From assembly GCA_963667015.2 (NCBI GenBank), contig CAXXJJ010000001.1:2144001-2208000 (forward strand): DNA of 64,000 nt, given 5' to 3'. The DNA is from Desulfatiglandales bacterium (GTDB lineage: Bacteria > Desulfobacterota > DSM-4660 > Desulfatiglandales > HGW-15). Each line of letters starts with the position of its first letter. Positions within the stretch are counted from its first letter, which is position 1. The position numbers and the translations under genes were made by a program. Positions 1 through 10,629 of the stretch are shown piece by piece. Under the pieces are notes generated by a model. It saw only the letters and a program-made list of their open reading frames with translations, was not told where the DNA came from and did not search any database.

Positions 1-181
1 CGCCGGGCGCCGGTATATCCCCATTCAATTCCATTGAGCTTCTGGTATGGGGAACTTCCAGATGGCCGACCGCCAGATCAGAGTTTTTCAGAGCCGGAGC
101 AATACCGCTTAACCAATACTCGGGATCAGGCTCATCGAGAACCAAATCACCGGAAAATATAATTTCCAGAAAGTTCACCAT
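1..181 (-). CDS. CapA-family (poly-gamma-glutamate synthesis/metallophosphatase-like) protein, 5' part, runs off the window edge
   Basis: Manual translation from ATG 181: MVNFLEIIFSGDLVLDEPDPEYWLSGIAPALKNSDLAVGHLEVPHT...; GD and G(H/N)LE motifs typical of CapA N-termini. Confidence 0.7.
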   Translation of the reverse strand, partial: MVNFLEIIFSGDLVLDEPDPEYWLSGIAPALKNSDLAVGHLEVPHTRSSMELNGDIPAPG

Positions 182-373
182 TAAAAGACCATAGGAAAAA
201 ATTACGTTATTTAAGCAGATCTTAAATATACAGTCAGGAGTGTCTCCTTGTGGTATTCATGTCTCATTGTTTGCAGGGAACTTTGTGATATTGCTTAACA
301 GATGCAAAGTTCTGAGTCAGTGGATAACATGTTGAGACTTTTGTTTCCTATTAAATCTATAACTGTTACTTAT

Positions 374-387
374 GTATATAGGTATAC
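374..387. promoter_or_regulatory. Putative GntR/HutC operator, copy 1
   Basis: GTATATAGGTATAC, matches the GTATAC-NN-RTATAC pseudo-palindrome at 1368, 2595 and 15376. Confidence 0.55.
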
Positions 388-520
388 CAATGGCTTAATT
401 GTGTCAATATATTATTTAAGAATATCTGAAGGGAAGACGACAGTCGGGCTTGGAATTAAAAGGCAGGAATATCAATCGGTTAAGATGCTATTGAAATTAA
501 TCATGTGATCCTGATTACTT

Positions 521-1285
521 TCATAACAGTGATGATGTCCTGAATACAAACATATCCCCTCTGAAATAACTTTGGCTGAGAAACAGAGTCTCGTCTGAGA
601 CTGAATGATAGGTGATTTCATTAAAAAAAATAGGGGAACCGAATGGTATCTCCAGGGCACCGGATACGTCCAGGTCAGCAACAACGGATCTCAGGGTTTG
701 ATTAATTTTATAAATTTTAATTCCCTTTGCCTGTTCAATCGTATTCAGAATATCATCCTTTTCTGCATCCTTTTTTGTTATAACTTCACAGTTTGATGGC
801 TCGGCATAGTAGGTGTTGAAGGAAACCGGAAAACCCTTATATATCCTGGTTCGTTTCAATCTCCATATCTCCTGTTCGGAATCCAGTGAGAGGAAATTCT
901 GCACATATTTCGAGGCTATCGTTCTGGTAATTTCCAGCACCTTCACCTGGGTATTCAGTTTTTCAATTGACTCCTTCAGCTTTTTAAAACTTCTGCCCAG
1001 TTCAAACTCCAGTGGTACAGGTTCAATCTCTGATACAGTTGTCCCCAGACCACGTCGACGCTCCACAAAACCATCGTTTTTTAATTTTTCCATGGCTTTT
1101 CGGATAGTGATGTTACTGGTCTGAAATTCCCTCTCCAGTTCTTCCCCGGTAAAAAGCTGGTTGCCCGGATTGTATTGTCCTGACGTGATGCGTCTCTTCA
1201 TTGTCTCCGCGATCTGGATAAAGAAAGGAACGGATGAACTGTGATCAAGAGATATTTTTCCTTTTTTTCTTTTTATATCTGTCAT
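521..1285 (-). CDS. GntR family transcriptional regulator (HutC/UTRA subfamily)
   Basis: N-terminal wHTH (SNITIRKAMEKLKNDGFVERRRGLGTTV) plus UTRA-like C-terminus. Confidence 0.9.
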   Translation of the reverse strand: MTDIKRKKGKISLDHSSSVPFFIQIAETMKRRITSGQYNPGNQLFTGEELEREFQTSNITIRKAMEKLKNDGFVERRRGLGTTVSEIEPVPLEFELGRSFKKLKESIEKLNTQVKVLEITRTIASKYVQNFLSLDSEQEIWRLKRTRIYKGFPVSFNTYYAEPSNCEVITKKDAEKDDILNTIEQAKGIKIYKINQTLRSVVADLDVSGALEIPFGSPIFFNEITYHSVSDETLFLSQSYFRGDMFVFRTSSLL

Positions 1286-1367
1286 TTAGGGTATCCATAA
1301 AATTATCGGTATTGAATTATTTGAATAAACCGGAACTCGCTCCATGAATTCATGAAATGATCATAAG

Positions 1368-1381
1368 GTATACTTGTATAC
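1368..1381. promoter_or_regulatory. Putative GntR/HutC operator, copy 2 (upstream of gntR)
   Basis: GTATACTTGTATAC palindrome. Confidence 0.6.
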
Positions 1382-1472
1382 AAAAAATAATATTATATCA
1401 ATGACTTTGTTTAAATATCAAGAGGGCAGAAAGAACAGGTCTGGAAATATTATTTGTTGATATCCCGAATAA

Positions 1473-1514
1473 ACAATGCCTGTATTGCCCGTTCAGGGGC
1501 AATACAGGCATTGT
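1473..1514 (-). terminator. Long perfect hairpin, probable terminator
   Basis: 18-bp perfect IR ACAATGCCTGTATTGCCC / GGGCAATACAGGCATTGT just past the hydrolase stop. Confidence 0.6.
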
Positions 1515-1527
1515 GCACAATTAGTTA

Positions 1528-2400
1528 TTATCCCTTTGCCTTGACAGTCTCGTTAAAGAGCCTGAATATATCCGGCATACCGCCACTGATTACTGTCCCG
1601 TGATCACCATCGGGAATTTCTATATATTCATGCTTCATTTTAAGTTTTTCCAGACTGTCCCGCCATTTATGGGTAAAATTGGGGGCCACGACATTATCCT
1701 TTCCTCCCTGGATTATCATTACAGGAATTCCCGCATCCTTCATGGGTTTCAGGATATCATCACTGTTCTGCATCATCATAAAGGCCGCCGGAGCTATGGC
1801 GGCAACTGCAGCCCATGTGTCAGTATATTTCTGGCCCAGGAAAAGGGCGCCCGCGCCTCCCATTGAGTGTCCCATCAGGTAAGTCCGGTTTTCATCGACG
1901 TTGAACTCCTTTTTCATCATAGCAAGAACATTCATGACATCCTTTTCACTGAGTTCTGCCAGGTTGGGCGGTTCAACAGAGCCTCCGCCCATTGCAATAA
2001 CCGGGGAACCGAACCATCCGCTTACAGTGTATCCGAGTGGGCCAGCAACAATATAACCGCCTTCTTCAGCCAGGTCTATCAAGCGGTCACGCACTATAAA
2101 GTTGGCATCTCCGCCCATCCCGTGAAGGGCAATTATAAGGGGATTCTTTTTATCCTTTGAAACCTTTGATGATACATATACAACATACGCCAGGTCCTTA
2201 TCCGTATCTTTAAAGTGGTACGTGCGCTGCTGGGCACGCGGATCAGGTTTAATAGTCATCGGGCCTTTGGGCATTGGTTTTTTCGCAGGCCCCCCGGGTC
2301 CCGGAGGTCCAGGAGGCTGTGCAATTGTGTATTGAGCAATAGAAAGACATAGTAAGAGAGTGAACATTAATGTGAAAATCATAGTTATTTTCTTTTTCAT
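1528..2400 (-). CDS. Secreted alpha/beta hydrolase (esterase/depolymerase-like)
   Basis: Signal peptide, LHG motif, GHSMGG nucleophile elbow, C-terminal D and H. Confidence 0.85.
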   Translation of the reverse strand: MKKKITMIFTLMFTLLLCLSIAQYTIAQPPGPPGPGGPAKKPMPKGPMTIKPDPRAQQRTYHFKDTDKDLAYVVYVSSKVSKDKKNPLIIALHGMGGDANFIVRDRLIDLAEEGGYIVAGPLGYTVSGWFGSPVIAMGGGSVEPPNLAELSEKDVMNVLAMMKKEFNVDENRTYLMGHSMGGAGALFLGQKYTDTWAAVAAIAPAAFMMMQNSDDILKPMKDAGIPVMIIQGGKDNVVAPNFTHKWRDSLEKLKMKHEYIEIPDGDHGTVISGGMPDIFRLFNETVKAKG

Positions 2401-2594
2401 GGTGCTGTCTCCTGTGATAGGTTTTAAATTATTAGCGTTATAGCGAATTAATAATCAACTCTGTCCCTGTGAACCTAATTTTTTAAATGTATGGAGTTAT
2501 ATGAATAAAAAAAGAACGGTATTCAAAAAATACAGTTTTTCAAGCAAGCTTTTATATATTCCCCTTATCTTGCTTTTTTAAACTTGTTTTTTTA

Positions 2595-2608
2595 GTATAC
2601 TTATATAC
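2595..2608. promoter_or_regulatory. Putative GntR/HutC operator, copy 3 (divergent intergenic region)
   Basis: GTATACTTATATAC, followed by the same TATATCAATGACTTT context as copy 2. Confidence 0.6.
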
Positions 2609-2972
2609 AAATCAACGAATATATCAATGACTTTATCAATCGAAATTTGAAAAAATCATTGTGTGCAGCCTTATATAAAAATAAAATCTTCAAATTTATC
2701 AAAGTGAGTATTTCCTCTAAAGTATAAGGACTAAAGGTCTGGATAAAAAAAGGAGAACTCTCATATGGATGCAGTAATAAGTGCAGGCATTATCTTCATT
2801 ACAGGTTTTATACTGGCAGGGCTGTTTCTCATAAATAAGCCTGAAGATATGGGTCAGGTCCCTGATGGAATAATAGATCCTGAACCGGTGAATATTGAGA
2901 TACCATTACCGGCGGCTGGAAAAGTGTCGATTTTATAACGATGGAATAACATTTGTGAAAGGAAGCATACCT

Positions 2973-4601
2973 ATGATGAGAAGAATATTTTTTGCTGTAA
3001 TACTGATAATAATGGTTTGCGGAGTCAGCATGGCTCAGCAGCCTGATCCAGTCAGGGTGGAAGAAGGACTGGTACAGGGCGTTCACGAGGACGGGCTGAC
3101 GGTTTATAAGGGTATACCCTTTGCTGCGCCCCCTGTCGGAGAGCTCAGGTGGCGCGCTCCTCAACCTGCCGCAAAGTGGGAAGGTGTGCTGAAGGCCGAT
3201 AAGTTCGCTCCGTCACCCGTTCCGGGTATGAGAATGGGAAATCCGGGCGGACCAGGGCCGGGATCGAGCGAAGATTGTCTCTATTTAAATGTCTGGACAC
3301 CGGCGAAGTCATCAACCGACCGCATTCCCGTGTTCGTCTGGATCTACGGCGGCGGGTTCAACATGGGGTCCACTTCTTCTCCAGTTTACAGCGGCGAGAA
3401 TCTGGCAAAAAAAGGCGTTGTATTTGTCAGTATAGCCTACCGGGTCGGACGGATCGGATTTTTTGCACATCCGGAGTTGACTGCCGAGAATCCTCATAAA
3501 TCTTCCGGCAATTACGGGCTTTTGGATATGATTGAAGGCCTTAAATGGATTAAGAAAAATATTGCCGCCTTTGGAGGCGATCCTCAAAAGGTCACTATAT
3601 TTGGGGAATCCGCAGGCGGAATAGCGGTCAGTATGCTGTGCGCATCACCCCTGGCCAACGGGCTTTTCCATGGCGCTATATCTCAGAGCGGAGGATCATT
3701 TGCCCCTCCAAGACCCAGCCCCCTGCACGGTGAAAATATGCAGCCCCTTGCCGATGCTGAACGTTCCGGTCAGGCCTATGTAAAAAGTGCCGGAGTTTCA
3801 TCAATAGCCGAATTGCGAAAGATTCCTGCCGATAAACTTCCTGCCGGTGGAATGGGGCAGGGGCAGGACCTGGGTATGGCCTGGCCTATTGTTGACGGAT
3901 GGGTTATTCCCGATGACCAGTACAAACTCTATGAGGCGGGACGATATAATGATACCCCCATTCTGGTGGGTTACAACTCGGACGAGGGATTGTCCTTCCA
4001 GCCTCCAAAAAATCCGGAGGAGTACATTGCTACAGTAAAATCACGTTTCGGTTCCTTTGCAGAAAGGCTCATAAAAGCCTATCCGCCGGGAGAAGGAAAA
4101 ATTGCCAAGAGTGCACGTGACCTTATGAGGGATGTAACCTTCGGATGGCATACGTGGGCATGGGCACGGCTCCAGTCTGAAACCGGAAAATCAAACGCCT
4201 ACTATTATTATTTTGATCAGCACCCGGAATATCCTGCGGGCTCTCCACAGTTTGGACAAGGATCTCCCCATGGCCAGGATGTAGCCTATGTGTTCCAGTA
4301 TCTCGATAACCCGGGCGGACCACCCGGGCAGACCAGGACAGTGACAACGTCTGACAGGGATATCTCCGAGGCCATGGCCACATACTGGACCAATTTTGCC
4401 AAATACGGAAATCCGAACGGTAAAGGGGTTCCTGAATGGCCGGCCTTCAGTGATGAAAATCCAGTGGTGATGTATTTCAGACAGACGCCTCACACAGGGC
4501 CGGTACCCGATGCTGAATCATTAAAGGTGGTGGACACCTTTTTCGCATGGCGGAGAACTCCTGAAGGAGAGGCATGGGTGAAAATGAAGGACAAAAAATA
4601 A
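2973..4601 (+). CDS. Type-B carboxylesterase/lipase, secreted
   Basis: KGIPFAAPPVG, EDCLYLNVW, GESAGG; start moved to ATG 2973 (RBS-like AAAGGAAG, signal peptide). Confidence 0.92.
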   Translation: MMRRIFFAVILIIMVCGVSMAQQPDPVRVEEGLVQGVHEDGLTVYKGIPFAAPPVGELRWRAPQPAAKWEGVLKADKFAPSPVPGMRMGNPGGPGPGSSEDCLYLNVWTPAKSSTDRIPVFVWIYGGGFNMGSTSSPVYSGENLAKKGVVFVSIAYRVGRIGFFAHPELTAENPHKSSGNYGLLDMIEGLKWIKKNIAAFGGDPQKVTIFGESAGGIAVSMLCASPLANGLFHGAISQSGGSFAPPRPSPLHGENMQPLADAERSGQAYVKSAGVSSIAELRKIPADKLPAGGMGQGQDLGMAWPIVDGWVIPDDQYKLYEAGRYNDTPILVGYNSDEGLSFQPPKNPEEYIATVKSRFGSFAERLIKAYPPGEGKIAKSARDLMRDVTFGWHTWAWARLQSETGKSNAYYYYFDQHPEYPAGSPQFGQGSPHGQDVAYVFQYLDNPGGPPGQTRTVTTSDRDISEAMATYWTNFAKYGNPNGKGVPEWPAFSDENPVVMYFRQTPHTGPVPDAESLKVVDTFFAWRRTPEGEAWVKMKDKK

Positions 4602-4649
4602 TTATTTCACCATTGTACCATCTCAATACAGTGATCGATTAAGAAATAT

Positions 4650-4695
4650 AAAACAGGCCCTGATCAAAAAAAAGTTTCTGATCAGGGCCTGTTTT
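4650..4695. terminator. Bidirectional terminator between convergent genes
   Basis: AAAACAGGCCCTGATCA...TGATCAGGGCCTGTTTT. Confidence 0.75.
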
Positions 4696-4750
4696 GATTT
4701 TTACACTGTATTAATCCCTATATTCAGGGATTATCTGTTCCGGATGAATT

Positions 4751-5830
4751 CTACCCTCCGAATTTAACCCTGGAAAGCCTGTACAGCTCTTCCCTGTAGG
4801 CAGGTGTCAATGCAAATAACCCGTAATGACTCATATTTGCCGGTTTGTCGGGATTACAGAATTTATCTGCAAACTTTGCGGCCTCCGCCCTCTGCTGCTC
4901 CTCGCTGGCATCAGGCGGGTATTGATCAGGAATAACCCCTATAATGATCTGATCACCGTATTTCTCATAAATCATATGCGTATCATTCATTGCCTGCGGG
5001 CCCCATATGTCCCAGCCCGCCTCAATGATGCAGGGGACCTGCATTTCAAGATGTCCGCAGCTGTGGAGGTCGGCTATTTTACCTCTTTCGTGTATATGGT
5101 CAGTCAACCTCCTCATGGAAGGCACTACCATTTCCATGGCAGTGTCCGGTGAGAAAAACGGCGCTCTTTGTGAACCCCAGTCATCATGAACTGTAAATCC
5201 GTCGGCATTATAGTGGTCGATGAATTTATCAACGATCTGAATATACAGGTCAGTCAGTTTCTCAAACAATGCCTTTACTGCAGTCTGCTGATCCTCATCT
5301 ATTAGAGCCATCACCGCGTTGTCAAAATCCATAAAGGAGATCAGCCGCTCATAATAACCGTTCATAATCCAGGGCATGATTGCGGTGCCCTTGTTTAGAT
5401 ATTCTTTATTTGCCCTGGCCGAACCTTCCCAGTCCCAGCTGTTGACATCAGGCCAGACGAGTTTTTCCTCCCATTCGTTTGCATCATTAAGAAAGGGTGT
5501 CCCGGGTTTGACCATGGAGCCCTGGGCAGCCTCGACGTATTGCCATTCGATGCCGAACATGTCTTTACCCCCGAAATTTTCACGGGGCAGGGGATTTGCC
5601 TCAATCATAAATGCCCGTGCCACATTGTCGGGGAATATGACAGGACAGAACATTGTCGACTCAACACTGGTGATCTGCCAGATCGGTTCTCTGTTTATAA
5701 ATCCGATGTAGGCTTCTCTTGGTGTTACCGGAAAATCATATATCGGTGTATTGGGCATTCCAGGAAAAAAACCCGGTATTTCACCCACGACTTTTAGTTC
5801 TTCTTCTGAAAATGGAATCCTATGAGACAT
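4751..5830 (-). CDS. Uroporphyrinogen decarboxylase (URO-D/CIMS)-family methyltransferase-like protein
   Basis: D.FGIEW, HDDWGSQ and LHSCG motifs. Confidence 0.85.
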   Translation of the reverse strand: MSHRIPFSEEELKVVGEIPGFFPGMPNTPIYDFPVTPREAYIGFINREPIWQITSVESTMFCPVIFPDNVARAFMIEANPLPRENFGGKDMFGIEWQYVEAAQGSMVKPGTPFLNDANEWEEKLVWPDVNSWDWEGSARANKEYLNKGTAIMPWIMNGYYERLISFMDFDNAVMALIDEDQQTAVKALFEKLTDLYIQIVDKFIDHYNADGFTVHDDWGSQRAPFFSPDTAMEMVVPSMRRLTDHIHERGKIADLHSCGHLEMQVPCIIEAGWDIWGPQAMNDTHMIYEKYGDQIIIGVIPDQYPPDASEEQQRAEAAKFADKFCNPDKPANMSHYGLFALTPAYREELYRLSRVKFGG

Positions 5831-5863
5831 TATTTCTTTCTCCTTATTGTAAATTATCCCTTG

Positions 5864-6010
5864 TTAATAAATACCATATTCTTTTATAAAATCAATCATT
5901 GCCTTGAGATTCTCTGGTTCTACCTCATCTGTCGAACTCCTTGGGGCTAGAATATATCCGTCATCTTTTCCACACCAATCAATGATTTTTTTACAGTGTT
6001 CCCTGACACT
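5864..6010 (-). pseudogene. C-terminal fragment of a URO-D-family protein
   Basis: VREHCKKIIDWCGKDDGYILAPRSSTDEVEPENLKAMIDFIKEYGIY* with no start codon before it. Confidence 0.65.
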
Positions 6011-6055
6011 CTGCAGCCCTTCCGGTGTGTCACAATTTTCATGCGACTTCGATAT

Positions 6056-7411
6056 TTAACTTAAACCCCTTTTATCGGCATTCGTTTTCATAATTTCAGA
6101 CAGCCTGTTATCAGATAAGGAGTAGAAAATCATTATTGCAAAGGCCAGAAAACCCGCCGTAGCCGGAAGATAACAGATAAGATTCATCAGGCTGTTTATA
6201 ACCTCATCGGTTGGTGCCGTGTTTGGAACAAATCCGATAAATCCCAGGCCTGCTGTGACTATTGTTCCGGCAAGTGCTATCGCAATCTTGATCGGCAGCG
6301 TGAACATGGACATTATAACTGCACTCGCATCTTTGCCTGATTTATAAAAACTGTACTCCGCAGCATCCATATACATTGCCTGTCGGACAGGCCCGTTGAC
6401 CCCCGCACCAAGCGTTGATACAACAATAATTACGATATAGGTATAGGCAGAATTCAAACCGAACATTCTAAGAACTATGAACCCTGCGGTTCCCCAGATT
6501 GAGGCAAAAAGGTATGTATTTTTCTTGCCTAAAATACCAACTACCCTTGGCCCAATCAGCGTGCTTGCAAAGCTTGCAAGAGCAAATGAGAGTGAATATG
6601 GCTTCATGTATTGTTCATTTTCTATTATATATTTGAAATAATACACTGCGACTGCCTGGAGGCTGAAGATACCCAGGTAGGATACAATATCCGCTGACAT
6701 TAAAATCCTCAGGTGTTTATTTCCGATGACCTGCTGCGCCATCTCCTTAAGAGACATTTTGTTTGTCAGATTTTTTGTTGGGTCATATTTGTCATAGTCT
6801 TTTATCTGGTAAAAAAGAAACCAGTAGCCCAATACCTGAATAACAGCCAGTATTCCCACAGTGTAGAAATATCCCCATGATTCGCTTTTCTTACTGAAGT
6901 GATAAAACATATTTAAAACAAGATAGCTGTAGATAATCTGGCTGGACATGCCATACTGAATATTCCTGGATGACATCCGCATCCTGTCTTTAACACTTTT
7001 CGCCACGACCGATATGAGACCAAGCTGGGCATTGTAGGCAAAATTAAGACTCACATGGGCTATCATATAGGCCAGACTGAGATAGACTATTTTTATTCCG
7101 TAGCTCAGGGGCAGATTTGTGAATGTAAGAGTAAAAAACACAGAGGTTGCCAGAGGAGGCAAAAGCAGCCATGACCGGTACTGTCCCCAGCGAAACTGGG
7201 TGTTCTGTATCAGGACACCTGAGACAGGGATTGAAAGGGCATCAACAATATGGGTTATAAATATGATAACAGGGATAATGGATAACTTTATCAGGGCCAC
7301 ATCTGTTAAAAATATCGTATAATATTGAAGCGCGAGATTCATCATCAATGAGAAAGTCAGATGTGAAAAACCATAACTGTGGACAAGCACGCCGGAAAGT
7401 TTTTTTTCCAA
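6056..7411 (-). CDS. GPH/MelB-like MFS glycoside:cation symporter
   Basis: About 12 TM segments, RWGQYRSWLL motif; TTG start at 7411 follows AAAGGAGA. Confidence 0.85.
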   Translation of the reverse strand: MEKKLSGVLVHSYGFSHLTFSLMMNLALQYYTIFLTDVALIKLSIIPVIIFITHIVDALSIPVSGVLIQNTQFRWGQYRSWLLLPPLATSVFFTLTFTNLPLSYGIKIVYLSLAYMIAHVSLNFAYNAQLGLISVVAKSVKDRMRMSSRNIQYGMSSQIIYSYLVLNMFYHFSKKSESWGYFYTVGILAVIQVLGYWFLFYQIKDYDKYDPTKNLTNKMSLKEMAQQVIGNKHLRILMSADIVSYLGIFSLQAVAVYYFKYIIENEQYMKPYSLSFALASFASTLIGPRVVGILGKKNTYLFASIWGTAGFIVLRMFGLNSAYTYIVIIVVSTLGAGVNGPVRQAMYMDAAEYSFYKSGKDASAVIMSMFTLPIKIAIALAGTIVTAGLGFIGFVPNTAPTDEVINSLMNLICYLPATAGFLAFAIMIFYSLSDNRLSEIMKTNADKRGLS

Positions 7412-7436
7412 TTCTAATTCTCCTTTCGTTAGACTA

Positions 7437-9080
7437 CTATTCCGAGCAGACAAAGCTGTCCGCGCTGTTTACATCACCATCTTTGTAGCGTGCAACAAGA
7501 GGGTAGGGGCAAAGGGGTCTTGTAACACCGGGATAAGCCCGGCCGGTTGCGATTATACGATCCGGCGCTGCTCCTTTTTCCACCCAGTCCATTATTGCAT
7601 CGAGCGTATTAAACTGGTCCGTGGACTTGCCTCCGCTGCAGTGGCACATTCCCGGGATAAAGAATAACCTTACAGAATCCCGTATTGACGGTCCGTTTAC
7701 TTCCACTACTTCATCGTACCATGCTGAAAGAACTCCCGAGGCCATTCCCTGATCGGAAAGGCCGTTATAAACAATCATTTTTCCGTGGTCTGCAAATGTC
7801 TGAAGAAATGTTGAATCAGCATCTGTATTGGCCGCCGTATGGCGTGTTTTTACAGCATCACGATCAAAATCAAACTCAAGGGGATCCAGATCAGGATCAG
7901 GAGGAGTTAACTGAAGATAACTCAGGTTGACCAGTCCCAGTGTAGCGTCGGCAGAATCCCATTTTCCGGTTCCTGAAGAACCGATATGCATGGCTCTCCA
8001 CTCCGATCCTGCAACACCGGTATCATAGGGAAAAGGGCCGTAGATCGATTTCCCATCACTTGTGTGCGGTCCCTTAAACATGTCCCGTAGCGCATCCACC
8101 TGCTCCTTTGAAAGACAGGTTGCTGTTTTTTCGGATTTGCATGTGAGAATTCCGGGGTCAAAGTCGCAGCCCTGCCAGTCGTTGATAAAACCGTCAGCCA
8201 GTCCATCCAGTGCATCGCAGCGCTTAAGGAGAGTATCTGCTACAAGGTTTAAATCTTCATTGGAAAAGGCCTTTGAAATTATTGGGCGGCCGTTTTCATC
8301 CTTTGGTGCAATCCTGGCGGCCACCTGAACGTTCCATATTTCGTCCATTGCGATCCCTGAAAATTTAATGGCAGGATCACCTGCAACGATGCCGTCAAAA
8401 TAAAGAGGAAAGCGCTGGGAGGCCATTAAAGCCTGACGCCCGCCGTTAGAGCAGCCGATAAAATATGAGTAGGCTGGTGCGGTTCCGTAATATTTTTCAA
8501 TCAGCTCCTTTGCCTTGAGTGTGACCTTATCCAGGGCATTATAACCGTAATCGATACGTGCCTGCTGGTCCAGTCCGAATGTGCCGTCGAGCATGCTGCT
8601 CCTGTGGCCTCCGTCCGTTGACACAACCGCAAATCCCTGTGCAAGTGCCGAGGGTCTGTCTGAACCCATCTGGCTTCCGATGGCAGAGGAGAGCATTCCA
8701 TCAAGTCCGGCGCCTCCCTGAAAAAAGAACCGGTTGTTCCAGTTTGCCGGCATGCGTAATTCAAAACCTATTCCAAACTTCTGACCCTTAGCGCCCGTCC
8801 GGGGATTGATCATTCCCTGTACCAGACAGTGCTCAGGCAGTATATTAGCTTTGCCTCCAGGACCCGGTGCCGGTCCCTCGGGAACGATCTCTGCCTTTTC
8901 GACCAGAAAGCTTCCGGTAGCAAGCTCAGTGATAGCAGAACAGCTCGATGAATTTGATTTATTATCTGCGCCAAAGGTTTTTTCCAAAGGAAATACAGTT
9001 AAAAGTATCAGGCAGGTTAATAAAAATCCTGCTGGAAGCCTGAAGGATAATTTCCTTTCAATAACCGGTTTATAAGACAT
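7437..9080 (-). CDS. Tannase/feruloyl esterase family hydrolase
   Basis: GCSNGGRQ, CDALDGLADG, PGMCHCSGG and TRPLCPYP motifs. Confidence 0.93.
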   Translation of the reverse strand: MSYKPVIERKLSFRLPAGFLLTCLILLTVFPLEKTFGADNKSNSSSCSAITELATGSFLVEKAEIVPEGPAPGPGGKANILPEHCLVQGMINPRTGAKGQKFGIGFELRMPANWNNRFFFQGGAGLDGMLSSAIGSQMGSDRPSALAQGFAVVSTDGGHRSSMLDGTFGLDQQARIDYGYNALDKVTLKAKELIEKYYGTAPAYSYFIGCSNGGRQALMASQRFPLYFDGIVAGDPAIKFSGIAMDEIWNVQVAARIAPKDENGRPIISKAFSNEDLNLVADTLLKRCDALDGLADGFINDWQGCDFDPGILTCKSEKTATCLSKEQVDALRDMFKGPHTSDGKSIYGPFPYDTGVAGSEWRAMHIGSSGTGKWDSADATLGLVNLSYLQLTPPDPDLDPLEFDFDRDAVKTRHTAANTDADSTFLQTFADHGKMIVYNGLSDQGMASGVLSAWYDEVVEVNGPSIRDSVRLFFIPGMCHCSGGKSTDQFNTLDAIMDWVEKGAAPDRIIATGRAYPGVTRPLCPYPLVARYKDGDVNSADSFVCSE

Positions 9081-9152
9081 AGAAACCCTCTCTTTATATT
9101 TTTAAATCACTAATTTCCAAATTAAATTGGAAGAATCGTATAAAACTTTATT

Positions 9153-10604
9153 TTATGGTTTTTTAAAAATCCATCGCGACTTATAGCTGTCCGGATCAAA
9201 TCTGTCCAGAGTCGGAGTGCTTCTACCGACTGCAGTGAGAACAAGTTCTTCTTTTGAATCCGGGACAACCCTGGGTGTTATGCGGTATGTACCGTCAATC
9301 AACTGGTCGATGCGCCAGAGTTGTTCGGGAGCACCTGTATATTCAGGCACGGTTATAACTTCTTTTTCTGCAGTGGCTGCAAGAGCCCTGTTTGTATCTT
9401 CGATAATTATCTTGAAATATGGTGATCCAAAATAACCGCCGGCATCCGGTACAGGTGTTATTGTCCATTTCTGGTGGGGCCTGAACATATAATCTCCGAT
9501 TCGAACATCTATATTCCCTTTTGGCCAGGTCTTTTCCACATCGGAAAGTTTCTGGGGCGTGACCGGAACAACGGGCTCTTCAGTATTGCGTCCAAAAAAA
9601 CGCATGCCGCCTGCCATCCTTACGAAATCCACAGCAAGTTCAAGAGCATATCCGCTACGTTCGGATTTTATCTCAAAAGTGCCTCCCTCAAAATTATCAC
9701 CTGCAACAGGCCATCCATCCTTCCAGAGAAGAGGTCGGATGCCCAGAACACTGTGACCACCCTGGATAAGGTCCGCCTCATAGTGGCATGAAAACTTTTG
9801 AAGACCGTTGCCCAGGTCTATCAGGCCAAAGTGGCCGGGCCCTACATAATGACCACTGGCTGCTACCACAAGCTTGCCGCCGCCTTTAAGCATGGGTACC
9901 CCCATGTGATCCACGTATGGTCCGGTTACCTTTTTTGAACGGCCAACCCTGATGTTGTATGTGGAGTTGGCGCCGTCGCAGCAGGTGCCGTGAGTGGCAA
10001 GGAGATAATACCATCCGTCACGATACATCATGGCTGTTGCTTCGCAGTCAATTGCTACATTGATCGCCTTATTACCCGGCATACGTTTTCCGGTTTTAGG
10101 ATCAAGTTCAATAATTCTTATAAAGCCGAAGTAGGTTCCATATGTCAGCCACAACCGACCATCAGTCGGATCCAGAAGGAACGCAGAATCAATTGCATCA
10201 CAGTCCTCAACCCCGTCCGACGATACAACTATGGTTTCATCCTGAAATCCAAAGTCAGGGGATTTTGGGTCAAGGGATTTTGTCCACATGACATAGACAT
10301 TGCTCGCATGTCCTCCTGATAGCCCTCCGCCGCCTTTGGCATATGTCATATAATAGCGGTCTTTTATTTTTATTACGTCCGGAGCGACACCGCCACCGGG
10401 GCGTTCAGCCCCCCGGTGCCATGTCCAGCCGTCTTCTGAGATCAAACCTCCTCCACCTGTACCAAAGGTATAGTACTTTCCATCGCATTTTGTGATGGTC
10501 GAGGGATCGTGAATATAAGGTTCTCCGACCTGGGCAGATACCCCGTCGGATATTATGAGAAAAAGCAGTAAAGAAAAAGCTGCTGATATAATACGTGATT
10601 TCAT
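9153..10604 (-). CDS. GH43 glycoside hydrolase (arabinanase-like) with C-terminal ricin-like domain
   Basis: IHDPS, APD, AIDS and GPGH motifs; Q.W repeats at C-terminus; start at ATG 10604. Confidence 0.88.
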   Translation of the reverse strand: MKSRIISAAFSLLLFLIISDGVSAQVGEPYIHDPSTITKCDGKYYTFGTGGGGLISEDGWTWHRGAERPGGGVAPDVIKIKDRYYMTYAKGGGGLSGGHASNVYVMWTKSLDPKSPDFGFQDETIVVSSDGVEDCDAIDSAFLLDPTDGRLWLTYGTYFGFIRIIELDPKTGKRMPGNKAINVAIDCEATAMMYRDGWYYLLATHGTCCDGANSTYNIRVGRSKKVTGPYVDHMGVPMLKGGGKLVVAASGHYVGPGHFGLIDLGNGLQKFSCHYEADLIQGGHSVLGIRPLLWKDGWPVAGDNFEGGTFEIKSERSGYALELAVDFVRMAGGMRFFGRNTEEPVVPVTPQKLSDVEKTWPKGNIDVRIGDYMFRPHQKWTITPVPDAGGYFGSPYFKIIIEDTNRALAATAEKEVITVPEYTGAPEQLWRIDQLIDGTYRITPRVVPDSKEELVLTAVGRSTPTLDRFDPDSYKSRWIFKKP

Positions 10605-10629
10605 AAGGCCTCCAGGAATAATTAATACC

